Source: Ramazzottius varieornatus (lineage: Eukaryota; Animalia; Tardigrada). Taken from it: DNA of 64,000 nucleotides. This document shows, in pieces, positions 24,326 to 37,536 of the stretch (position 1 is the stretch's first letter; the number at the start of each line of letters is the position of its first letter). The stretch covers positions 124,001 to 188,000 of the forward strand of contig BDGG01000007.1 of NCBI GenBank assembly GCA_001949185.1, read 5' to 3'. The position numbers were made by a program, and so were the translations under genes. The notes beneath the pieces are model-generated. The model worked only from the letters and a program-made list of their open reading frames with translations, had not been told where the DNA came from and did no database searches.

Positions 24326-26600
24326 CTATGAGGGCTGAGCGGTGGCTGGCGGGGCTATTATGGAGGCAATGGTACTTGTGGCGTTGGCTACTGCGGCAAC
24401 CACGGTCTTGGCGCCAGAGCTGCTCTTCCCGCCGGGACTGTTCTGAGCGGTGATGGTCTCCGAGTTTTGGGTCTGAACTTTAGCATCGTTTTGATACTTC
24501 TCGGCAATGGGTATTGCGATGGCCAGGACGATTATGATGACCACTATGATCGCCGTTATTATCAGGCAAATCTTTTTCTGCAAAAACACGCCAGGTTTGA
24601 CCAAAGTTTCAGAACGAAATATATATTACAAAATGGGACGTCGGCATCTGAATTGATCATGATCGTCAGGCAAGTGGCGCACGATTCTCTTGTTCTTGGT
24701 CGACACTGTGCGCCACTTGAAATGACGATCATGCTCAAGTCATCTGCCGACTTCCGGAATTCTTTCTTCCAACCTAAAATTTCGGAAATCAAATTCTGAG
24801 AAACTTCGAAATGCACTTAAAAAGAATCTTTAATCAAAAAAGTCTCGTAAATTTTCTGGGATAATTTTTGAGATACGTGAATTTATCCGAGAAAATTACC
24901 CGTCTGGCACTGCTTTGGTATTCCACAGCTTTTTTCGTTTCCTCCTTAGCTTGAGCAACGAACTCGGTGGCATGTTCGACGTTGTATTCGATGCGATCGA
25001 CCATTTCGCCCTAAAACGAGACAGGAAAAATGGATCAGAGGTCGCGTAATCGTGTCCATTATCGACCTGTTCTGAATACAATATCGACTATCACACCAAA
25101 CGTTACATTATTCCCCCGCTTTATACCGGAGTTTCCGATAGTTCGGTCACAGAGATTCGGTAGGAATGAACGAAAAGTATGCTGTTACCTGAGCTTCGAC
25201 CAACAATGCCATATCGACAAACATATCACGTAATTCACGGATATTGGTCTCCAGTTTGACGATATCCTGGTGCCTGGCTTCCACATCGGCCAAAGCTTGC
25301 TTGGCTTGCTGGGAGTCGGCGATGATCTGTGGAAAGCATCCGAAGTATGAAGAACAGAAGAGCCTTTATTCATCCCGGAAACTCGCCGATTTTCAGAACC
25401 ATAAGACTAAACTTTAGAAGTTTGAAGTTCGACAGATTCGACCAAAGTGTTTTCTAAGTAGCGCACAACTCAAGCCAATATCACTGAAGAGGTGCGCCAC
25501 TTGAGAAAAAGATCTGGTCGAGTTTGTTTGACGAGGTCCCAGTTCACTAATTTTCTTACGCCTTCGGTGAAGATCTGAAGATTTCCACTTTCCAGCATTT
25601 CGTCGACCTGATCGTCAGTTGTAGGCCTTCCAGCTGTAAGAGAGGTTTATATCGGCAAAGAACAGCGTGTGACTTCACATCATCACTGGACTAAAAGGAA
25701 AAATCGGCAATTGTAGCAAACCGGAAGAACAAGCTTACCGATGTCGAGCTGGCGTTTTATCTTGCTTTTACATTTCTCCCGATAGTCTGTCTGGATCTTA
25801 TTGTACTCCGACATGATGGTGGTGAATTTCCGTGACAAGGTGGCCTGCTGAGCTTGCCGTATCCTCAGGTCTGCCGTTATAGGTCCGGTGAGGTCTTGTT
25901 GGATACGCTCTTCGACAACTGTGAACCGAATCACAGTTAAAATTCAATCACATCAGAAAAATACTGGATCTTCATTCAAAAATCCCATTTTCGAAAGCAC
26001 AGCTACCAGAACCCTGAGCCAGGTGAAATTAACTCACGATTTTTCGTTCATACTTTTGAGCTGATCGCGCACTTTGCCGGCCACCTTCTTCACTTCGTCC
26101 ATCAGTCTTTCCAGCTCCTGTTTATCGCCTGTGAAGTTCCACATTATACTTCCCTCCCCTCACTGAAACCGTAGGAACTAGTCAAAAAACTGAACAGCAC
26201 TGTACGTTCGTCCGAAGCGGGAGAAGACAGAATAAGGTGGTGCTTTTCCCTCATATTGCCGATATTGGTGGCGATGAGTTCCAGCGCCTCATTCATGCTC
26301 TCAACCTACAAACAAAGAATCCACCAAATTCGATCAAATTCCCACATGGTCAAGAAACAGTTCAAAGTAGTCCTACCTCTTCGAAGAAGCGATCCAGTGA
26401 GCCTTGTCCACTCATTTCAATTTTAACTTCGCTAAGGGACAATGCAACAGAGGGTTCGTTCTGTTTCGGCGGCGCATTCTGCAAAATTTACCAAAGATAT
26501 TCCTCCATAATCCCACAAAAGAATAAACTGTCGTCACAGGGATAAAGAACGGAGGGCAATCTACCTGCTTGAGAGTGGCCAGCCGATCTTTGGGTGGCAT
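24326..26600 (-). CDS. Syntaxin-1-like Qa-SNARE (9 coding exons) with a 58-aa C-terminal extension after the TM helix
   Basis: [13 protein letters not shown]-peptide, Habc domain ([17 protein letters not shown]), SNARE motif [48 protein letters not shown], then KKICLII..TM. Confidence 0.93.
24653..24738. repeat. Intronic palindromic mini-element (CAAGTGGCGCAC...GTGCGCCACTTG family), copy 1
   Basis: ~30-bp inverted arms; shares its core with copies at 25433, 33311 and 62649. Confidence 0.7.
25433..25525. repeat. Intronic palindromic mini-element, copy 2
   Basis: AAGTAGCGCAC...GTGCGCCACTTGAGAAAAAGATCTGG arms, in a syntaxin intron. Confidence 0.7.
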
Positions 26601-29600
26601 GATTGGACTGGGATTTTCTGGGTTATAATGTAGAACCGGACTGAGCCAGCTTTGAGGGGGTGTTGGAACGCCCCCCTCCTACGACGCCTGCCAGCGACTG
26701 ACTACGCGTCCCACGTCCGGACGCTCCGGACACCAGTTGAGCTACTACAGAATGAGGTGTGACTCTCGGCGATATTTCTTCCTTCCCCTGCGTTGCTAGC
26801 CGACAGCCAGCGACGACGAAGCCATCTTGAATGTAAAACAACTGCAACAAAACAAGCATGATCAAGTTGAAGGGGTGAAGGGTCCAACGGTATACCTCGG
26901 CGAACAGCTGACTGCTGTTCGATCAGTTCATCATTGTGATAGAGAGAACAAAACGTGCGCCTACCTTTGCAATTACATAGCCAGTAACACCCGTGTGACG
27001 TCAACGGAAAGGAACAACCACTGTAGTACTATGTATAATCCACACAACACGAAGGGTGACGTAGCAGGATGGTTGGGATACTGTTGATGGTAGGAATAAA
27101 GCAAGTATTTGTGGAGGAATGAGGCACGCTTCCCACGCTGGATCCCTCCGTTTTTACAGCATTTCTCACGAATTACCACAGCATGTAGAAAACTGATCCG
27201 GACAACTGTTGCTAGCCTACACCCCGCGGTCGTCCTGCAGCCAGGGAGAAAGAACGAATTTTCTGCGTAGGAAACGGAAGCTTGGTAAGAAACTATACTG
27301 AATATCCAAAAACTTTCCTCGTGATGAATGAACCGTTAGCTTACCAGAGGAACTCTGTCCAAGTGTCAAGGTAGCTCTGGGGGGTAATGTAACGGAATGT
27401 CCTTGACCAAACGAACGAAGCAGGCGTTTCTGAGAGGAAGGAGGGACGGAAGAGAGGTAGAGAATATTTAAAATTCAGTGATATTTTCCCTCTGAATACC
27501 TTCAGCGATCCCCCAAGTTTTGTCTGTGACTCAACTGGTCCAGCAGCTGTTATGAAAGAACCTAAAACATCACAAACGAGATAAGCACACGCTGGCCTTT
27601 CGAGTCAACCTGCCGACGATAGCAAAAAAAGTCAAACATTCAATTGTTCACGGTCAACAAAGCACGCTCTAAACTTTGCTACCAGGCTCGAGCAACAACC
27701 GTGACAAACCTGCTCTTCACGTCACTTACCTGTAATATCCGGTCATCAGTTTACGCTAATCCGCGCCGATAAATCACTCACGAAGAAGATTACGTGGAAG
27801 ATTTGGCCGCGCGTGCACGGATGAAAAGATGGCAACGTAAAAGTTAAATGCGAATTAATTTGCCAGTTTCCACCTCACTGTGCAGGTCACAGGTGTGATG
27901 CGAGCAAGACGACGTCGCCATGAAAAAACGTCGCGTTTAAACTAGGAGGAGTTGTGCACGCGCAGGGTACAAGTGCAGCCAAGGACTGCCCGTGCACACG
28001 CTGAGTCATTGAAATAAGCTGTGACTCATATAGCCCGTACCACTCATGCGTCCCCCATGCCTCCCCCGGAGTCGCGCACCAAGCACACCTGGACTAGCTG
28101 TGCCTTTTGGTGCCTTTTTTCCACCTTAGAGCCTCTCTGATATACGACTTTCCACCCTAGACAACGAAGGTGCTTTTCGCAAGGTGGAAAAGGTGCCTTA
28201 AAATAATGCAGGGTGCCTTTGATAAGTTGATTAAATTTCTACTCATGATTACTCGCAACGCAAAAGTCCAGCGCGAGTCGGACTCGATCAAAGCGTGACT
28301 GGAATGTGAATCAAGGTCGTGTACGAGCAGGCCACTGTGCTGCTGTGATTCAGCATTTTTGACTGGCCATGGGCGTAGATCTGGTGCAGAACACGGTAAA
28401 TTTGATCACCGGCAGGGGCGCGTTGAGCAGTGGGCCGCTGGGGCCCGGCCCACTCGAAAGCTGAAAAGCTGGGCCCAACCCGGCCAGCTTTTTCGTCGCT
28501 CTTTATTCCGACTACCTAGGCGTTCTTCCACTTTAGAGGAAGTTATCGAGGACGCCGGCTCTTCCGAGTGACAGGCAGATACGGCAGAGGGGTAAACTTC
28601 CGTGTGAAGTTTCTGTGTTGGAACAATGGTCACACTAAAATGTACTGGCATGCAAATCGAGTGACATGATTGACTGTTCCTGTCGATCATGACGCAGTTC
28701 GAGGTACGGGCAAGTTTTGGGCTTAAGGTTCTCGAGACGTGATACCAGGGTAACCTAGCAAACCAGTCCGGGGTGGAAAACGATATAGCCTATATCACAC
28801 TTTCCGCTACAATTGATTGACTAAGTGCTCTTAACTTGAGGCGGGTAATTTAATGACACAAAAGCACGGAGCAATAGCTTTGTTGCCGTCTGAAGCAAAA
28901 GTAGGAAGTGCATTCCTTAGTCGCTTTTCTCTTCTTGCTTGGCCCCTTCGTTTCTGAAGCGGTCGGAAAATTATAGGGAAAATCCAAACAGCGCTTTTTT
29001 GGGTTGTCGCTGCAGATGAAACTTTTTGCCTTCGGGAAAACAAAAGATATTGCAAGCATGCGAACGCAAAACAAGGAAGCGCATTTTGCATTTTGCAAAG
29101 CCACCCAATTGTAGGCAATTGTATTGAAGTGCAATAATTCTTGTGCCACAACTCGATATATCTCCAAACCGCGACTGTAGAAATATTAAGACTATCCTTA
29201 TGGAACCAAAATTATCAAGATTAGCGGTGTATCACTGTAGACCTTTGTCAGGTAACTTAAAGTGTGTCCATAATTTCTTCTCCATGAACAAATCAGGAAA
29301 ATTTGATGGGTCGCCGCACCGGCGGGCAACAGAGCCGTTTTTTCAAGCACTCTTGACAAAACACGAATCAAATAATCAGTCAGCCAATGCTGAGTCATTA
29401 CTGATTTTACAGTGAAGTATTTGACCAACCAGTACAACTGTCAGTTTAGACGCGTTTTCGAAGCCACACAAAAAATTGCTCGCTAGCGAAAACAGAGGAA
29501 GCACACCCGGACTCTGGACCTGTGAAATACTTTTCGCCGTTTCCTACCAATTCCAACGCGCCCGATCATGACAACATTTTGCAGTGCTCTATCTAACTTT

Positions 29601-30570
29601 TCTCGAAATATTTGCTCCTTGAGAACAAGGTTAATAATAACTTTGTTCGGTGCTTTCGTAGACCATCCAAACCGGAACATTGATCACAAATTTCCAGCCA
29701 AGAGGTTGTACCATGGTGAGATGGTCTAATATCGATCTTGTGGACTGTGTGACGCGACATCGAGCCAGTGTGGAGTCGGAAATTCTGATGCGATTAGCAA
29801 AGGAAAGTCGCGGTTTCGGCAAAACTTCGCATATGAGGGGGCCCAGCGGTAGTGGGGTCGTTTCGTTTAACAGAAAACTCGGTTTTGATACCACCGTCCA
29901 TAGCTTTTCAAATTTCGTCACTTTTGAGTACCATTTAGAACACTCTGCATTTCCGTTTCATTTACTGAAACCAGAGTCGCAGTGTTTCCGCGGTCCTGTA
30001 GGTTATTCATGTCACTAGCATAAAACGTATTTCCTGAATTTGTCGACAATGTGGCTGTCGTTACAGAACGATTTAAGCAGCTAGTTTTAGTTTCTCAAGA
30101 AAGCGAGGATGGGGCATACCTACGGAAAGTCATCAGTCTGAATCCGGTCTGACGGTTCGCGCGGTCTCATGCAAGCGAGGGTCTTCAATTAAGACCTGAA
30201 AATGTAGGTGTCGAGTCAGGAATCGGTGGTACGTGGAGCTACTTTGTCCGCGGTGGTGCTTATCGTCCTCCAATGAACCTTGTCTGATATTTGCTGCTGA
30301 ACAGAAACAATACTACCGAATTACTGCGACTGTCCTTGCGTAATCGAATCACTGAAAATCCAATAAGGATTTGCTGTTTCTGAAACTAGGGCGGTACACT
30401 AACACACCGCCCTGGGTAATTTCAGTAACCAAGACCGTCGAACTGATGTCTTCTATCAGTTTCGATATACAGACGTTACAGAGTACTCTTCGTGGCATTG
30501 CAGGATAGCACTGGCTGAAGGTGTGTGACCGAGATGCGAAGGAATGCTACTCTCTAGGGTACGAGGAGCA

Positions 30571-31153
30571 AGACCCAACTTTTCTAACTCGCCAAACTGG
30601 TTACCACTTTTTTAACTAACGAATTTCTCAAAAACCATCAGGTCCTGAAATTCTAAATTAATTCACAAGTATCTCCCACAACCTTGCGTCATTCTGCGGC
30701 AGACAGAAGTTGGGAACATTGGAAGATCGTGACGAGAGAAATTCCAGAGTGGAAGCCATTCGAAAATGGCATCCGATATTAGGAAGCACTCTTTCTGCAG
30801 AGGGCAGAACAAGCCAAGCCAGATAAAGCACATATGTGTCGAGCCGAGTAGATTGACACGTTTCTGAAAGTGTGCTCAGGGTTAATGATGACGCAACACA
30901 GCCGTTTTCATCCAAACCGGAACGGCTACAACTTTGCTAACTTCCGAGCGAAAACGCATTGCTTTGGAAGATTTATCTGAATCTCTCGGTGGACTTGCCG
31001 ATCACTGAATCAAGGCCTAAACTGAACTGTGAATGCTAGCTGGCTACAACTTTGCTAACTTCTGCTCGGTCGCCAACTGGTTGTAGTCTAGATTCGCAGA
31101 GCTACCTTCAGATTTTGGCTTAGCAAAGTAAGCTCGTTAGAAAAGTTGGGCCT
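30571..31153. mobile_element. ~580-bp MITE
   Basis: 18-bp TIR AG(A/G)CCCAACTTTTCTAAC and an internal direct repeat GGCTACAACTTTGCTAACTTC (~30923 and ~31042). No clear TSD. Confidence 0.65.
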
Positions 31154-32283
31154 CCACGTACAAATGAGGTGGTCAATTGGGAACCCTCGAAATAGACACT
31201 TGTGATTTTGCGGGCCTGATGTCACGGAAAACCGGTAATCTCACCTATCACGTTTTCCCAGCTTTTCCATCCCGCCGTTCCCACCCTGTTCTTCCAGAAT
31301 GGAAATCTTCACCTCTTGTGTATCAGAGCCATTTAGGGTGGTTGTTTTTCCACCATTTCCGGCCCTAGCCGACCCGTGCGTGATACACTCTTTAGGCAGA
31401 CAGCATCCGGCTCGCCATGACGGCTTCCGCTTCCCACCTTTCCTTCTGGCGCGTGACGTCAGGGACCGTCCGTTTGTATCCTTTTTATAGCTATACGGAA
31501 TCCTTTTCTTGCGGTTTACTTTTGTGAACGACTTGCGTTTTGGCGGGTACTAAATGTCGATGAAAGAAAAGTTTTGCGAGGCTTCGAGCTGACAGTGGTT
31601 CGTGGTCGTCTGTTGATTCATCACTAATCTCAAAGTAGACTCGCTGAGGCTCACCCGGCACAAGTGCGACGGCGGCTGTCTGTCAGGTGGGGCTTGTGGG
31701 TGCGGCTGATAAATGGGCACATAAGCGAGTTCTTTCCCTAAACCACTGTTGGGAACCATCATTCAAATTTGCGGATTGAACCAGGAGCCGGAGAGTTCAG
31801 CGAACCGTCGGACTAGCGATTGTTAGAGCAAAGCTAAGCCCGACCACAACCTTGACATTGGAATAATCACATCACAAATAAGCCAGGGAAATCTTCGCCT
31901 GAGAATCCAGATTTATGGTTACGACGTACGACAGTTTTCACTTCGGTAAAGTTTTCACTCGTAACGATTAGGTACTACGCCTTTCAACAGTCTTGTCAGA
32001 TTGTACAGTGTACACATCCAGCACGCGATAATTTCCCCGTCGATAGCTGCTAATGAACAAGCGTACAGTACTACATTTATTTGCTTTGTCAGTAAAATTG
32101 CTCGCAACCGGATCACGTTTTCCTTTCTGTCTCAAGGGTCTCTACACAGCTTGCAGCGACCATTTCGTGTACAGGTAACTCGGCTTGATCTCCCGAAGCG
32201 TTTCACCGATCTTTTATAGCTGAATACTTTAATTTGTTAGTTTCGTTCAGTGTAGTTTTCTTTGCAGGATTGCTGTCTGATTC

Positions 32284-34824
32284 ATGGAACTGAAGTTCCG
32301 CGATCTGCAGTTCCCCAGTGTGATTTATCATTGCAAAACGTCCAAAGTCATCGGAGGTGGTCGGGACAACTGCGTGTCCAAGTGCCAGGTGGAGGTGTAC
32401 CGTGAAAGGAAGCGTCTCGGAAGTTTCGCACGCGACGGAGCAAATCACTTTGCCTTGAAATGGCTCTGTCTGACCGAGCAATCCAACTCCGCAGTGGGAA
32501 AGATGGAAGCGCAGAGGCTATTGCAGTTGGATCATCAAAACCTGGTGAAGATGTATGCCACTGGCACAGTGGACGACTCAACCATCCATGCATTCCTCAT
32601 GGAATATTGCGAAGGTAAAACACCACTGCCAAACCAGATTATTCCCAAGGGAGGAGATTCTGACGTTACGTCTGTTCAACTCGGGCAGCGTACCCGGGTG
32701 TTTTCCCGCAGCTACGCGCGGCTTGATCGGCGGTTTGGTTTCGTTTCAGTTTTTCTTCAACTTCTCATTTTTGCGATATCGGCATTCCAAGTTTCGCAAC
32801 TTAGATTTCTTGGACTCATTCACTCCGTAGGCTTTATCAGGAATCCAGGAAGTTCTTACCCAGCATTAATTTTGTAATTACAGGCGGTGATTTGCACCAA
32901 GCAGCCAAGCTGCGCATTGACCCACCCGCCATCCAGTCTTTCGCGCGTCAGATCCTCCAGGGACTGCAGTACCTCCACGAACACCAAATTATCCACCGGG
33001 ACCTCAAAGGCCACAACGTTTTTCTGAGTTCCCTCGATCACGCAACATGCATTGTTAAGATCGGTGACGTTAACGACATCAAGCGCCTCATGCCAGAGGA
33101 TGACAACCTCAAACTGTCATCAAGATGGACGGGTACTTTCGCCTTCATGTCTCCCGAAATGATCAACCGAACCATCAACAACGAAACGTACGAAAAAACC
33201 GACATCTGGAGTTTTGCGTGCATCCTGATCGAAATGATCATTGGAAAGTTCCCGACATTCTTCGCAGTGAAGCAAGGTAGAATTCCTGTGCTACAGTGCA
33301 AGCGGGACGTGGGCAAATGACTTGAACAATATCGGTCACCAAGTGGCCCACACTCCCAGCTAACGGCCATGGTAGCGTGCGCCACTTGAGACAACGATCT
33401 AGTTCATTTGCCCCCTTCTCAACTATCTTCAGTATCTTGAGGTTTTTGACATTGCTAGAATACTTTTAGGCACCGAAGTGGAGCTGAAGGAATATCTGGG
33501 TATCATGTACTACGTTGGTCACGGTAACCACCCCTACATTCCGCCAACCTGGCCTCAGACCATTCAGGACCTTCTTCACCAATGTTTCCAAGCCGATCCC
33601 GCCAACCGCCCTTCTGCCGCTGACATTCTCTCCCACCCATTCTTGGCAGAGAACCCCACAGACTGGTCTTTCGATGGTCCCTACGTCCTGCCTTGGTCCG
33701 TGGGAGAAACAAATGCCGCCATCGAAGCGAACCGAAGACCTCCGATCAGTTTCGATAACGAGACTTTGCAGCTGGTCGACTACGGATCTTTCGGCATGAC
33801 GTACCAAGGACAGCGCAAAGGCCAGCCGAAAGTCGAACTGGCCGTGATCAAAGTCCACTTCTTGAATGATTACCAAGACACGCTGATCGATCTGTACTGC
33901 CAGGCGTCCCTGACGCTACCGCTCGAGCACGCCAATATCGTTCGGCATATACAGTACGATTTGCCGAGTTTAGAAGAGTTAAATTTCGAGGCGCTGAATG
34001 ACTGCCATATCCTCACCGAATATTGCACAGGTACGGAATTCGAAAACATGTCAAGTTTCCGTTCACTTTTTAGCAGCGGTTATGTGTCTGTAGGTGGGTC
34101 TCTGCAGATGGCGGTACAGTACCGTATCGACGAGCGCCTTCAACAAAAGTACGCTTGGCAAATTCTCCAAGGCTTGATTTACCTCCACGATCAGCATATC
34201 GTCCACTACAACCTCAGAAGCTCCAGTGTCCTACTCGATCGCCCCGACCGACAATCCTGCGTGCTAAAAATTGCCGGTTTCGGCAAAGCGAGAAACGTAA
34301 GCGTGGACCATGAAGAGCCGTCAGCCTTCTTCGCGGACCCGGAAGACCAATGGTGTCCATCCATCTCACCCAAACGCAAAAGTCGGACCGTGTTCCTGAA
34401 CCTACCGAACAAGGAAGCGCTTCTGTTGGGCTACTCGGACATCTGGAGCTTTGGCTGTATCCTGATGCAGCTGATATCCGGTAGTATCGAAGAGGCGGAT
34501 GGCCGACCGATCGTTTCACCACGTTGGCCGGAGAATGTACAGAATATTCTGCGGTTGTGTTTGGATGAGGACCCAGTAGCACGCCCACCAGCGAGAAAGC
34601 TGCTAGAGCATCCGTTCTTCACGGATACAGAAACGGCATCGTGGGACTTTGCCGACGGCCGACCTGAGTATGTCGAAAGTCATTCCACGGGGAAAGATGG
34701 GAAGGGAGAAGAATTCTCTCGTAAATTTAGCTTGCCTCTGAATGCTCATCCGCTGTCTAATCCAAAGAAGCTGGCGCGGAGACGTGGTCTCCGTGGATTT
34801 TTCTTCAACAAAAACAAGAGCTGA
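32284..34824 (+). CDS. Tandem Ser/Thr kinase + pseudokinase (STE11/MAP3K-like domains); exons 32284-32614, 32884-33276, 33470-34030, 34094-34824
   Basis: Domain 1: FALK, MEYC, HRDLKGHN, KIGDVN, GTFAFMSPE, DIWS. Domain 2: GSFG, AVIK, HYNLRSSS, KIAGFG, DIWSFG. All splice phases are consistent. Confidence 0.9.
33311..33413. repeat. Intronic palindromic mini-element, copy 3 (GGGCAAATGA...TCATTTGCCC)
   Basis: 10-bp perfect terminal inverted repeat plus the GTGCGCCACTTG core, in kinase intron 2. Confidence 0.75.
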
Positions 34825-34991
34825 CATTTTTATCGATACGAATGTCACTATGCAGTACTATATTTCTTCATTAAGTCCATCAATTGATTCGTAATTTCAG
34901 AGCCGAACAAAACGAGACATAAACTTTACGGATGTACGCTATGTTTGGCCATGCATGACAAACTCGAATTTCGGTCGACTACCGTTAGCCA

Positions 34992-35252
34992 TCAGCCAGA
35001 AATCTGGGTGGGCTTGGCTTCTGAGCCCACTTTGAAGCCGTCGCTGGTCCTGGCCCAGCTGGAACCACCTGTCCAGCCCTTGACGGTGTGGATACGTATG
35101 CGGACCAGGGTTTTGACGCTTTCCAGATCGTTTCCTTTGTCCATATCCCACAACACCTTGTACTTCACTTCCTTCTTATTGCCGGAGTCCTTCGCGTTAA
35201 CAAACGCGATCTTAATCTTCGTAACTCTTCCGTCTGAAAACCCACCCAACAT
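34992..35252 (-). CDS. Putative 86-aa intronless basic orphan protein
   Basis: CAAA-ATG context, GC-rich third codon positions like neighbouring genes, and it fills the gap between two genes. No recognisable family. Confidence 0.45.
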   Translation of the reverse strand: MLGGFSDGRVTKIKIAFVNAKDSGNKKEVKYKVLWDMDKGNDLESVKTLVRIRIHTVKGWTGGSSWARTSDGFKVGSEAKPTQISG

Positions 35253-35842
35253 TTTGAAGTTGCATCATTGCATGTCTCTCGATCGAAAGAAGTCACGTTG
35301 AATGCAGGCTTACGAACGACAAATCTGGAAATATCGAGTGTCTGCCGAAGAAAAGCGTCATGTTGTGAGTCGTTCCTGCGGGACATGACGACTGTACTGG
35401 TATCAGAGAGTTGTTGGTGCTCTGCAAAATTAGATTGATTAGCTTATCTTAGGAGTGCGCAGCAGTTAGAAAAACTATCTTGGCGAGTTTGTTTGCCGGG
35501 CATGGAAGATCATCCATAGTATTTTCTCAGCTATGTACAGTACAACGTTGTACCTTTATAAAGTTTTGCAAAGTTAAAATAACGCGAAATGCCTTTCAGT
35601 ACGGCATCTACAATATTTTTCAAATACATGGATAATATGGCGCAGTGTGATCAACAAACAGCAGACGGAGCAGTGTACCTTCTAACTTCAAATTTCAGAC
35701 TCGGACGTACCAGAGATTTTCAGCGAGATTATTCTGCTGAGAAAGATAAAGTAAGTTATTCAGAACACAAGAGAGAGCAAATGTTCCAAGTGGCACTGTA
35801 TAGCACCACGGAAAAAGAGCGAACTTCACGGACCACGGACGT

Positions 35843-37536
35843 CTAAAGTAAGGGAATGCTGTTTGGGTCGAAGTCTTTGAAGTAAGGGTGCGCCATGGCT
35901 TCGATGGCGAAGATTCGGTCGGCCGGGTTATAGAAGAAACATCGCTGCAGGAAGAAGGGAGCACCGGTCACATTCCAAAATAACTTAGATGAGCTACGGA
36001 ACTTTGAGTCAAGCTTGAAGTATTTTTAACGTACCTTCAGGAGATCAAAAGCCTGTGGATCCGTCGTCTCCATATTGTCCACGTGTTCCGACAAGGTATA
36101 CGTGGCCCAGTGGGGGAAGAAAGTGTGCCAGTTCGGGAGATGGCTGACGCCAGGCCAGACTTCCTCGTTAGGCGTCGACAAGATACTGCAAAAATGCTTC
36201 TTCGTCAGTTCTATTTTCTATCGTTGACACAACAGAATAACTAACGTCTCACAAAAGAAAGTTACCTGAAGATTTTGAAGCACTGGTCGATTTCCGAGTC
36301 GCCTTCAAAGAGTGGATTCAGGGTCCACAACTCTGCAAAGATGCAGCCCATACTCCAGATGTCCACGCCTAGTCCGTAAGCGCTGTCACATGTTCCGAGA
36401 AGAACTTCCGGCGAGCGATACCACAAGGTGACGATCTGGAAAAATGATTGGTTAGAAATATTGAAAAGTTCTCGACATCCCTTTCTTTTGAAGTTTTCCT
36501 TTTCATTGCTAACCTAGTGACCGTTGGCCGGCACAACAGTCCAACCAATTAAGAGCTGAGGATAACGCAAAACCTGAATTTTCAACGGCACGTTTTTGCC
36601 CCTAGTTCTTTCGTTCGCTACGTTCACTACGTTCGCGGCAAGCGAAATTTTCCGAAAAAGTTAATAAGATCTTGCTTTTCGATACAATAATGTTTTCAGA
36701 CGCTGAATGAGTACCTCATGAGTGACGGCGCGCATTGGCACGGAGAAGGCTCTTGCCAGGCCAAAGTCCGCAATCTTCACTTGGCCATTCTTCGCCACCA
36801 GAATATTCTGTGGCTTCAAATCCCGATGGATGACACGCCGAGCATGACAGAAGTTCAGTCCGTCGAAGATCTGGTACATGAAACTCTGTAGAAAAAAACA
36901 ACAGAAAACGTCGACCGTTGTTGCAAGTCACGGACCAAAATGGTCAAAACCAACAGCCACAATTCCGCGTAATGTCACGTGATACTGTGTGCGTCTGCAC
37001 TGAATCGCGTGACCAAATGTACCACAGCGAAGCAGCAACCTGAAATTACCTTGGTAAGATGGCGAGGAACGCATTCTTCGTCTTTCAGTGTGTCCATGTA
37101 TCGTCTCATGTCAAAGTCGATGTATTCAAAAACCAGATAGAGCTTGCCAATCTCCATCAGCGTTTCCAGGAGGTTGACGACGCGTTTGTGCTTGAGCTCT
37201 TTCAGCGTGCAGACTTCTCTCAACGTCGTGGCAGGAATGCCTTGATCCTCTGTCAATCGCACCTTCTTCAGCGCTACCAGATTACCCGTGGCCTTGTCCC
37301 TTCCCTTGTACACCACCCCGTAAGTACCTAACGTAATAAAACATGACGAGAGCGCAGTGAAATAATTTGGGAATTTTCGAGGAATTTTTTCTCATACCTT
37401 CGCCAATCTTTTCAATTCGGGAATAATTGGCCATCCGACTGCTCTGCTGGATCTTTTTGGCGAAATCCTTCAGGCTTATGGTATTCTTGTCCTGGTGGAC
37501 CGTGAAGGCCGGGGTGGAAGCAGGAGTTTTCAACAT
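35843..37536 (-). CDS. Divergent CDK1/CDK2-family kinase (PSTAIRE helix reads PATTLRE), 6 coding exons
   Basis: [59 protein letters not shown]. 34-aa N-terminal extension. Confidence 0.92.

Noticed and set aside
28030-30020. GTGCC and GGCCC motif patches and short ORFs
   Set aside because: Probably old transposon debris, but no termini or protein motifs could be established.
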